Below are positions 37,682 to 45,065 of a stretch of 64,000 nucleotides of DNA, in pieces; positions within the stretch are counted from its first letter, which is position 1; each line of letters opens with the position of its first letter. The stretch lies in contig JANPFX010000011.1 of the NCBI GenBank assembly GCA_031423635.1, positions 2,430-66,429 of the forward strand, in the 5' to 3' direction. Made by a program: the position numbers and the translations under genes. The stretch comes from Acidimicrobiia bacterium (lineage in GTDB: Bacteria; Actinomycetota; Acidimicrobiia; Acidimicrobiales; JANYDT01). The notes beneath the pieces are model-generated. The model worked only from the letters and a program-made list of their open reading frames with translations. It was not told the origin of the DNA and did no database searches.

Positions 37682-39154
37682 TCAGCGGCGAACCGCAAGC
37701 TCGGGAACGACGGCATGCAGATCGGGGCCCTCGGCACCCGTCACATGGACGGTGTGGAACTCGCCGACCGCAAGTTCCATCGGGAGGTGCACTTCGCCGT
37801 CGATCTCCGGTGCTTCACGGACCGAACGCCCGATTCCCGGACGGTCGACGAGCACCTCGATGTCCGTACCGATCAAGGCATCGCGGGACTGAGCGGTGAT
37901 GGCGTCCTGCAACTCGGTCAATTCGTCGAGTCGCTCACGCATGAGCGAAGCGGGGACCCGACCGGGAAGATCATAGGCATACGTACCTTCCTCGGGCGAG
38001 TACGAGAAGAAGCCACACCAGTCGAGTCGGGCCTCGCGGACGAACGAAAGGAGTTGGTCGTTGTCCTCCTCGGTCTCCCCTGGGTACCCGACGATGAAGT
38101 TCGAACGGAATGCCGCGGAAGGCTCACGTCGACGGATGTCCTCGATACGACGGAGGAAGCGGGCACCGTCTCCCCATCGCCGCATGCGACGCAGCAGAGG
38201 TTTCGACACGTGCTGCAGCGACAGGTCGAAGTACGGAACGTTCGTCTGTGCACAGATCACGTCGATCAGGGCATCGGACAGATCGCTCGGGTACAGGTAG
38301 AGCAACCTTGTCCGCTTCACCCGAGCCGCGACCGCCTCCACGAGGCCGACGATCGATCCGGCCCCGAGTTCGGCCGGCCGATCCTTGCCGTAGGACGCGA
38401 GGTCTTGGGCGACCAGCACAACCTCTTGCACGTCGAGAGCATCGACCTCGTCGAGGATCTGGGCAATATCACGGCTGCGCTGCGGCCCCCGGAACGAAGG
38501 GATGGCACAGAAGCCGCAGTTGCGGTCGCAACCTTCGGCGATCTTCACATAGGCCCACGGAACGGCCGACTTCGGCCGCGGCAGGTTCAGGAGGTCGAAC
38601 GCAGGGACGGTCGGCCCCGAACGGGTACGTCCGAGCACGACCGGGACGGCCGTAGACCCGACGGTCGCCGGACCCGCCGGAGCGCCGTGTTCGTGGTCGT
38701 GTTCGTGATCGTGGATCGCGCCGCCGAATCCGACGACGCGGTCGACCTCGGGAAGCGCTTGGGCCAGTTCGTCACCGTATCGCTCGGCCATGCAACCCGT
38801 GACGACGACCCGCGCCCCGGCTTTGCGGCCATCGGCGAGCGCCAGCGTTACGTCGATCGACTCCTGTCGGGCCGACTCGATGAAAGCGCACGTGTTGACG
38901 AGCACCAGATCGGCGTCGCCCGCCGAACTGGCCCGCGCCATACCGTCGGCCAGGAGCTTGCCTGTCAGCTTGTCGGAGTCGACCTGATTCTTCGGGCAGC
39001 CGAGCGTCTCAATCCAGAACCGTCCCGACACGATGGTCCACGCTACCCGTCCCCACCTCGCTCCCGTTCGACGGGGTGGATCGGCGTGAGCGAACTTCTC
39101 GTCGTCTGCCATCGACGTGGTTCTCGAGACCACCGTGGCAACGTAACGTTGCAT
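37682..39154 (-). CDS. rimO: ribosomal protein S12 methylthiotransferase
   Basis: FWIETLGCPKNQVDSD, the radical-SAM cluster CDRNCGFCAIP and a C-terminal TRAM domain are present. The start is possibly at 39112 (MADDEKF). Confidence 0.9.
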   Translation of the reverse strand: MQRYVATVVSRTTSMADDEKFAHADPPRRTGARWGRVAWTIVSGRFWIETLGCPKNQVDSDKLTGKLLADGMARASSAGDADLVLVNTCAFIESARQESIDVTLALADGRKAGARVVVTGCMAERYGDELAQALPEVDRVVGFGGAIHDHEHDHEHGAPAGPATVGSTAVPVVLGRTRSGPTVPAFDLLNLPRPKSAVPWAYVKIAEGCDRNCGFCAIPSFRGPQRSRDIAQILDEVDALDVQEVVLVAQDLASYGKDRPAELGAGSIVGLVEAVAARVKRTRLLYLYPSDLSDALIDVICAQTNVPYFDLSLQHVSKPLLRRMRRWGDGARFLRRIEDIRRREPSAAFRSNFIVGYPGETEEDNDQLLSFVREARLDWCGFFSYSPEEGTYAYDLPGRVPASLMRERLDELTELQDAITAQSRDALIGTDIEVLVDRPGIGRSVREAPEIDGEVHLPMELAVGEFHTVHVTGAEGPDLHAVVPELAVRR

Positions 39155-39196
39155 GGGACGTCAGCCATCGCTCACCTCGAGACCCCAGGAGGTTCC

Positions 39197-39922
39197 GTGA
39201 CCGCTTCGCCGCTCGACAAGGGCTTGCGTCCTCGCACGTTCCGCACTGCGTTCGGCCGTTCCCTCGGCAAATGGCTGGGCATCGGCATCGTGCTCGCCGG
39301 ACTCATCACCTTCGGCGGGCCGATGATCGGGAACATTTTTCACCGTGGGGCCCCCTTCTCCGAACGGACCGTCGATCGCACCCGGCCGGCGATCCTGCAA
39401 GCAATCACCGACCTCCACGACTACCGGGCCGCGTCGGCGACCTTCGATGTCGTCGTCGACGTCGAGAAGGACGCGAAATGGATGCCGGCAGCGCTGCGCG
39501 GTGAACGCAAAGTTCTGACGTCGCGGGGCTCCGTCGATGCGGGGGTCAACCTCTCCGCACTCGACGCATCCGCAATCGCCATCGACGAGACGACGAAGGC
39601 CGTCCGCATCACGCTCCCCCACGCGCGTCTCCGACGCCCGTCGATCGACTTCTCTGCCACACACCTGGTGGTCCACAAGCGGGGTCTGCTCGACCGGATC
39701 GGCTCAGCGCTCGGCTCAGCCCCGTCGGGCGAGCAGCCGATGATCGAGATGGCCGAACGCAAGCTCGTTGCCGCAGCGAGAGCGAGTGACGTGAAGGTAC
39801 GCGCCGAGAACAACACCCGCGACATGATCACAGCCCTGGTGAAGGGACTCGGGCACGCGGACGTGATCGTTGATTTCGCCGACCCGCTGCCCACCGGTGG
39901 CGAGGCCCCGCGTTCGCTCTGA
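39197..39922 (+). CDS. DUF4230 domain membrane-anchored protein
   Basis: The GTG at 39197 is preceded by AGGAGG. An N-terminal TM (WLGIGIVLAGLITFGG) is followed by ATFDVVVDVEKD...GSVDAGVNLS...ITLPHA, typical of DUF4230. Confidence 0.65.
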   Translation: MTASPLDKGLRPRTFRTAFGRSLGKWLGIGIVLAGLITFGGPMIGNIFHRGAPFSERTVDRTRPAILQAITDLHDYRAASATFDVVVDVEKDAKWMPAALRGERKVLTSRGSVDAGVNLSALDASAIAIDETTKAVRITLPHARLRRPSIDFSATHLVVHKRGLLDRIGSALGSAPSGEQPMIEMAERKLVAAARASDVKVRAENNTRDMITALVKGLGHADVIVDFADPLPTGGEAPRSL

Positions 39923-39949
39923 CGGAATGCGGGGGGCCATACTGGGCCG

Positions 39950-40786
39950 GTGATCCTGATCGAACGGCTGCGTCGGGCAGACCTCACCGGGGCCGAGCGG
40001 CGGGTCGCCGACGTGATGGCGAAGGACCCGAACACGGCAGCGTTCGGCACGGTCGCCGAGATCGCCGCGCAAGCCCGGACCGGGGGGGCCACCGTGATGC
40101 GCCTGGCCGCCAAGATCGGGTTCCATGGCTTTCGTGAACTCCAGGACGCGGTACGCGACGAACTGACCCGACAACTCCGCCCCGCGGCCGAGCGAGCGCG
40201 CCGGGGTCTGGTTGGGTCGGACCCACGCGATCGCTCGCTCGCCGTGGAGATCGCGAACCTGCGGACGAGCCTCGGGGCTATCGAGCCGCGAACGCTCCGA
40301 GGCGCAGCCGATCTGCTGCTGAAGGCCGATCGCGTCGCCGTTGTCGCAAGCGACGCGACATCGGGCGTGGCGGCAGACTTCGTGTCCCAACTGTCGATGG
40401 TCCGACCCGACGTCGCGCAGGCAACAGGCGCCACAGCGTCGCTCGTGAGGTCGGTGGCGTGGCTCGGCAAGCGCGACGTACTCGTGGTTCTCGACATTGC
40501 GCGATATGAAACCGCGGTGCTCGAAGTGGCCAGCCACGCGTCGTCGAATGGAGCACCCGTCATCGCCTTGACCGACTCGCCCCTCGCCAGGATCGCCCAG
40601 ACGGCCGCACACACCTTCACCGTCTCGTGCGAAGGGCCGGGGCCGTTCGACAGCTTCGTCGCCATGCTGGCGGTGACCAACCTTCTCGTGGCCGCTGCCG
40701 TGGCCCGACGTGGAGAGGCAGCCACTGAACACCTCGACCGACTGGAAACCACCTGGACCGAGCTCCGCACGTTGTCCGACGACTGA
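39950..40786 (+). CDS. MurR/RpiR family transcriptional regulator (HTH_6 + SIS)
   Basis: The HTH region is LTGAERRVADVMAKDP...TVAEIAAQARTGGATVMRLAAKIGFHGFRELQ. The C-terminal layout is SIS-like. Confidence 0.8.
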   Translation: MILIERLRRADLTGAERRVADVMAKDPNTAAFGTVAEIAAQARTGGATVMRLAAKIGFHGFRELQDAVRDELTRQLRPAAERARRGLVGSDPRDRSLAVEIANLRTSLGAIEPRTLRGAADLLLKADRVAVVASDATSGVAADFVSQLSMVRPDVAQATGATASLVRSVAWLGKRDVLVVLDIARYETAVLEVASHASSNGAPVIALTDSPLARIAQTAAHTFTVSCEGPGPFDSFVAMLAVTNLLVAAAVARRGEAATEHLDRLETTWTELRTLSDD

Positions 40787-40864
40787 CCTCCCGCTGCGAG
40801 CGGGGCGTCTGGGAATATTCATTCCACTCGTGACTCGTTCAGGAACAGATGTACCATAGACGGC

Positions 40865-41770
40865 ATGGATACCTACTTCCCGGCCACGGACCAGTTCCAC
40901 GACACCCTGGCCTCTGACCGGTTCCTGCGGACCGCCGAGGCGGCGTCCCACTCCCCTGCGCTCGACGCGGCGGTGACGGCCATGCACAACGGCACGCGCC
41001 GGGGCGCGGTGCTCGTTCCCGGCTGCCTGATCGGCGACGTCCCCGCCACACCGCTGACCAGGCAGGGAGTGCACAAGCCCGACCGGATCAGCGAACGGTC
41101 GCTCCTCGGCGCGGCGATGCGCCTCGGTGAGCCGGTCGGCTTCGCCCAGGAGCACGGTGGCGACATCGTGCAGGACCTCTATCCGCTCGCAGCATCGGTC
41201 GGACGCCAGCTCTCCACGTCCTCGGGCGTCGAATTGGCGTTCCACACCGAGACCGCCTTCCACCCTCACAAGCCGAGATTCCTCCTCCTGCTCTGTTTGC
41301 GCGGCGATCGCGCCGCGGCGACGACGCTGTGTTCGGTCGACGACCTCCTTACCCTCCTCCCCGCGGCAACTGTCGACATCCTGCGTCAACCGCGCTTCCG
41401 GTGCGGTGTGGACGAGTCCTTCGGCGCGGGTTCGGCGTGGGTCACGAACCCTGCGCCGGTCATCGAAGAAGCTGCCGACGGAACCCTCATGCTCACGTTC
41501 GACGGCGAACTCACCTTCGGCACGGACGCACGAGCCGAAGCGGCGATTGCCGAAGTGAATGAAGCGATCGGACGCGCCCGCACTGCAGTCACCCTCGAGG
41601 CCGGCGACCTGCTGATCGTGGACAATCATCGGGCCGTGCACGGACGAAGCCCGTTCACCGCTCGCTTCGACGGAACCGACCGATGGTTGCAACGGACGTT
41701 CGTCGTCAGCAGCCTCGCACCATCGGCCGACGAACGGCGGGGCCGGGTCATCACGACCCCCTTCGGCTGA
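40865..41770 (+). CDS. clavaminate synthase-like / TauD-TfdA family Fe(II)/2-oxoglutarate-dependent oxygenase
   Basis: LAFHTETAFHPHKP provides the HxE facial triad. LIVDNHRAVHGRSPF supplies the distal His/Arg, and DRWLQRTFV is present. The protein resembles amino-acid beta-hydroxylases such as AsnO/VioC. Confidence 0.7.
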   Translation: MDTYFPATDQFHDTLASDRFLRTAEAASHSPALDAAVTAMHNGTRRGAVLVPGCLIGDVPATPLTRQGVHKPDRISERSLLGAAMRLGEPVGFAQEHGGDIVQDLYPLAASVGRQLSTSSGVELAFHTETAFHPHKPRFLLLLCLRGDRAAATTLCSVDDLLTLLPAATVDILRQPRFRCGVDESFGAGSAWVTNPAPVIEEAADGTLMLTFDGELTFGTDARAEAAIAEVNEAIGRARTAVTLEAGDLLIVDNHRAVHGRSPFTARFDGTDRWLQRTFVVSSLAPSADERRGRVITTPFG

Positions 41771-41794
41771 GCCGCCGGTTCGGCTGAGCCGCGC

Positions 41795-42370
41795 TCAGCC
41801 CGGCAGCACCTGGCGGTGGTACGTGAGGAGGAGCGTGTCGGAGTTCAGACGCTCGACATCGGCAAGCGAGAAGCGCCCATTGATCACGTGCCCGGTGCCC
41901 GTATGACGGACGCCGGTGCCGAACGCGACCGGCTCCAGGGTGAGCACGATTTCGTCGATCAGATCGGCCGCCAGCATCGCCCCGTACACCTGACCGCCGC
42001 CCAGCACTGCGCAACGCTGATGGCCATCGTGACGGAGCCGGGACACGATCGCGTCGAGTGGTTCGCTGGTGAACTCGAGCAACCCCGGCACACCATCGGC
42101 AGCATACGTGTCGGGGTCGCGCGTCCAGACGATCTTGCGACGGGGCCGGGCGTCGTGCGGTGCCTGTCGGTCGCGAAGGGCGACGACCTCGGAGAGGATC
42201 GCCGACCGGCTGGCCCGGTAGGTCTCGCCGCCCATGATAGAGACATCGCATGAACGCAGGAACCCGAAGAAGTGCTTCTGATCCTCGGCCGATGCCCAGG
42301 AGGTAGCGCCGGTGTCGTGTTTGGTGATGTACCCGTCGATCGAGCTGACGACCACCGCGATCATACGCAT
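41795..42370 (-). CDS. dihydrofolate reductase family protein (RibD C-terminal domain)
   Basis: MRMIAVVVSSIDGYITK... and ...VLGGGQVYGAMLAADLIDEIVLTLEPV are typical of the RibD_C family. Confidence 0.75.
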   Translation of the reverse strand: MRMIAVVVSSIDGYITKHDTGATSWASAEDQKHFFGFLRSCDVSIMGGETYRASRSAILSEVVALRDRQAPHDARPRRKIVWTRDPDTYAADGVPGLLEFTSEPLDAIVSRLRHDGHQRCAVLGGGQVYGAMLAADLIDEIVLTLEPVAFGTGVRHTGTGHVINGRFSLADVERLNSDTLLLTYHRQVLPG

Positions 42371-42383
42371 ACGTATGATCCTT

Positions 42384-43349
42384 TCATTGTCCGACGAGGC
42401 GGAGCCCCGGAGTCGGCCAAGGCACTGCGATCAGGCGGCCCGTCGAGGACAGGGTGACGAACGCCGTGCGGAACTCCGGACCACCGAAGGCGATGTTGGT
42501 TGTCATCGAATCGTTGGCGGGCTCAGGCATGGCCACATGATGGAACGAACCGGACGTTGACACCACGGTGATCCCGCCTCGCATCAGTGTGGCGACGCAC
42601 ACGTTCCCTTCGCCGTCGACGGCGAGCGAATCGAGCAACTGGAAGCCGGGCAGCCCGGCAATGCAGCCGCGATACGGGCCGGCCGGTCCGAGCACGCCCG
42701 GCTCGATGATCGATCGGGCAAAGACACGTGAGGTGTGGGTCTCTGCCCAGTACACGGTGTCACCGCTCGGCGAGAGGCCGATCCCGTTCGGATGTTCCGT
42801 CGGGAAGACCATCTCTCGACACGAGGAGCCGTCGAGGAGCGCATAATGAATCCCGGTTCGATCTTCTTCCCGGGGGCCACGGGTGCCGTGATCGGTGAAC
42901 CAAATACCACCATGGCCGTCGAGCACCAGATCGTTCGGTGCCCGCAACGCAACAGTCGAGCCGTCGGCCGCGGTGCTCGTTGTGTACAGCGTCTCGACCG
43001 ACCCACTGAGCGGATCGACCCGCTGCACCGACCCTCCCCGATACGAATCCGGCCGGGACCCGGGGAAGATAGCGGTTCCCCGTTGGATCCACTCGAAGCA
43101 GCCTCCGTTGTTGCAGACGTAGACCTCGCCCGTCGGGCCGAGCGCGGCGCCGTTCGGGCCCCCGGGTACGTCGGCGACCGTCTCTGGCGCCGACCAGCCG
43201 CCACCCGGGAGAGGCCGCACGCGGGCGACGCGTTCGCGGGCGATCTCGACGAAGAGCACCGAACCGTCCGGGCACCACACCGGCCCCTCGGGAAAGCGAA
43301 GCCCCTCGGCCAAGACGTCGTAGTCATGAAGCTGAACGTCGGTGCTCAT
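42384..43349 (-). CDS. SMP-30/gluconolactonase/LRE family protein
   Basis: The start is at MSTDVQLHDYDVLAEGLRFPEGPVW, followed by beta-propeller repeats (PNDLVLDGHGGIWFTD, PNGIGLSPSGDTVYWAE). Confidence 0.8.
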   Translation of the reverse strand: MSTDVQLHDYDVLAEGLRFPEGPVWCPDGSVLFVEIARERVARVRPLPGGGWSAPETVADVPGGPNGAALGPTGEVYVCNNGGCFEWIQRGTAIFPGSRPDSYRGGSVQRVDPLSGSVETLYTTSTAADGSTVALRAPNDLVLDGHGGIWFTDHGTRGPREEDRTGIHYALLDGSSCREMVFPTEHPNGIGLSPSGDTVYWAETHTSRVFARSIIEPGVLGPAGPYRGCIAGLPGFQLLDSLAVDGEGNVCVATLMRGGITVVSTSGSFHHVAMPEPANDSMTTNIAFGGPEFRTAFVTLSSTGRLIAVPWPTPGLRLVGQ

Positions 43350-43401
43350 GACGGCGAGATTAGTGATCCCGGGCGGCAAACCCACATCGCGATCTGAACG
43401 A

Positions 43402-44202
43402 TCAGAGCAGGAGTTCCGGTCGGTACTCGAAATGCATGGTGTCGAAGTGGAACCACTTCGCCCCCCAGATGAACCCGTGACGCTCGAACACCTCACCGAT
43501 CTCGCACGGGATCCGGTTCCTGAACTGCTTGACCCCGCCGCTCCACCGCCAGTAGTCGGAGAACGCCACGTTGATGTCGAACGCGATGCCAAAGCTATGC
43601 ATGCTTAGGACATTCTCTCCCGCGATCTTGCGCCAGTTGAAGCCGCCGCCCGGCCTTGTGAGGTAGCGAGCGAGGTCGGGTCGCCGGGCGAGTTCAGCGG
43701 CCACGTCGCCAAGATGTTTGTCCACGTCATTCGTCGTCGTGGCCTGCAGGGTGGAGCCGAACCACTTCACGGGAGTGAGTGTTTTCGCCACTTCGCTTCG
43801 CGAGCCTCCGTACATCGCCCGGAAGAAAGACTCGTTGCGGAGTCGGCCGGGGTCCTCGTCTTTGCCCGGCGTGCGCACCGGACAACCCCGTGGATAGGGG
43901 ATCGAGAACTGGTCTCCCGTCGTGGCGATCGACATCCGTTCCTGGACCGTGCCTGCGGTGCGCGCTTCGACAACGGGAATGGCGCGACCGCGAACCACGA
44001 GTTGTCCCCCCGCACCCACTCCCGCCGTGACGGGATACGCCGACACCAGCCGCGCGATGAGCTCTGCCCGATCCGGCCCGACGTAGGCAGTGGCCGAGCG
44101 ACCGGGAAGGGCGCCAACCGATGCCAAGGCAGCCACGAGCGTCCCAAGCCCGACCCGCATGGAACGTCGTCGGCGCGGAGAGCGCAACGACAGACCGCTC
44201 AT
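43402..44202 (-). CDS. M15 family metallopeptidase (VanY / D-Ala-D-Ala carboxypeptidase-like), secreted
   Basis: SMHSFGIAFD and WFHFDTMHFEY are Zn-ligand motifs. The signal peptide is MRVGLGTLVAALASVGALP. The ATG at 44202 overlaps the thrB stop (ATGA). Confidence 0.75.
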   Translation of the reverse strand: MSGLSLRSPRRRRSMRVGLGTLVAALASVGALPGRSATAYVGPDRAELIARLVSAYPVTAGVGAGGQLVVRGRAIPVVEARTAGTVQERMSIATTGDQFSIPYPRGCPVRTPGKDEDPGRLRNESFFRAMYGGSRSEVAKTLTPVKWFGSTLQATTTNDVDKHLGDVAAELARRPDLARYLTRPGGGFNWRKIAGENVLSMHSFGIAFDINVAFSDYWRWSGGVKQFRNRIPCEIGEVFERHGFIWGAKWFHFDTMHFEYRPELLL

Positions 44203-45056
44203 CGGTTCTCGCGCGTCAGCACGAGCCCGACCCGGTCCGGAGCGACGACGAGCGATCGGCCCGGCACCGCGGCGTCGAGCAGTGCCGCCGCCCCGGCGTC
44301 GCGGACCGCCGACGCGACGTCGACGTGACAGGTGGCAAGCAGCGTGGGGCCCGCGCCCGACCAGGTTGCCCCGAGCGCGCCGGCATCGACCAGGGAAGTC
44401 AGAATCCGGCCCGACTCGGGGAACAGCGGCGACCTCTGCGCCTGGTGCAGGCGATCGTCGAACGCCCCTCGCACCAACCGGCGATGGTCGGCGAAACCGG
44501 CGATCAGTGCCCCCATGCGAGAGAGGTTGAACACGGCGTCGGGCAGGCGCACGTGGTCGGAAAGTGCCTGGCGCGCATCCTTGGTCGAGAGATGCCGTTC
44601 CGGAATGACCACGACGAAGGTCAACGCCGGGTCGAGCGGGAGGCGGCTGGCGACCACACGCCCATCGATGATGGCGCCGGTGACGAAGCCGCCGAGCACG
44701 CACGCAGCTGCGTTGTCGGCGTGGCCCTCGAGCAGTCCGACGAAGCTGAGCGGGTCCGGATGTCCGCACGCCGCGACGATCCCCACGCCGAGCGCCGCTG
44801 ACGAACCGAGGCCGCGCGCCACTGGGATCTCGCTCTGGATATCGATGCAAAGACGATCGTGGCCGAGCACTTGACGGGCAAGCTTGGCGGCGAAGTGATT
44901 GCTGTTGAGCGGAAACGAGGATCCTTCGCCGGACACGGTGAGATGAAGCCTGTCCGAAGGCGTGACCGTGACGTCCGTCCAGAGTTCGAGCGCGACACCG
45001 AGCGTGTCGAAACCAGGACCGAGGTTGGCCGATGATGCCGGTACGCGAGCGTGCAC
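44199..45056 (-). CDS. thrB: homoserine kinase
   Basis: GHMP kinase motifs VPASSANLGPGFD, PVARGLGSSAA, EGHADNAAACVLGG and SGAGPTLLA are present. It has a GTG start. Confidence 0.85.
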   Translation of the reverse strand: MHARVPASSANLGPGFDTLGVALELWTDVTVTPSDRLHLTVSGEGSSFPLNSNHFAAKLARQVLGHDRLCIDIQSEIPVARGLGSSAALGVGIVAACGHPDPLSFVGLLEGHADNAAACVLGGFVTGAIIDGRVVASRLPLDPALTFVVVIPERHLSTKDARQALSDHVRLPDAVFNLSRMGALIAGFADHRRLVRGAFDDRLHQAQRSPLFPESGRILTSLVDAGALGATWSGAGPTLLATCHVDVASAVRDAGAAALLDAAVPGRSLVVAPDRVGLVLTRENR

Positions 45057-45065
45057 AGCGTCGCT

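Noticed and set aside
39421-41692. Two long - strand ORFs (449 aa and 658 aa).
   Set aside because: They are antisense to the DUF4230, RpiR and oxygenase genes, all of which have recognisable domains. The antisense products are Ser/Arg/Ala-rich without motifs.
42384-44850. Long N-terminal extensions of the track ORFs for the SMP-30 and M15 peptidase genes. The same was seen for add (to 11744), the coiled-coil gene (to 19535), rnj (to 50026) and the PQQ lipoprotein (to 26058).
   Set aside because: The extensions overlap the upstream gene and are Arg/Ser/Gly-rich. Internal starts give proper signal peptides, family-typical N-termini or 4-nt stop/start coupling.
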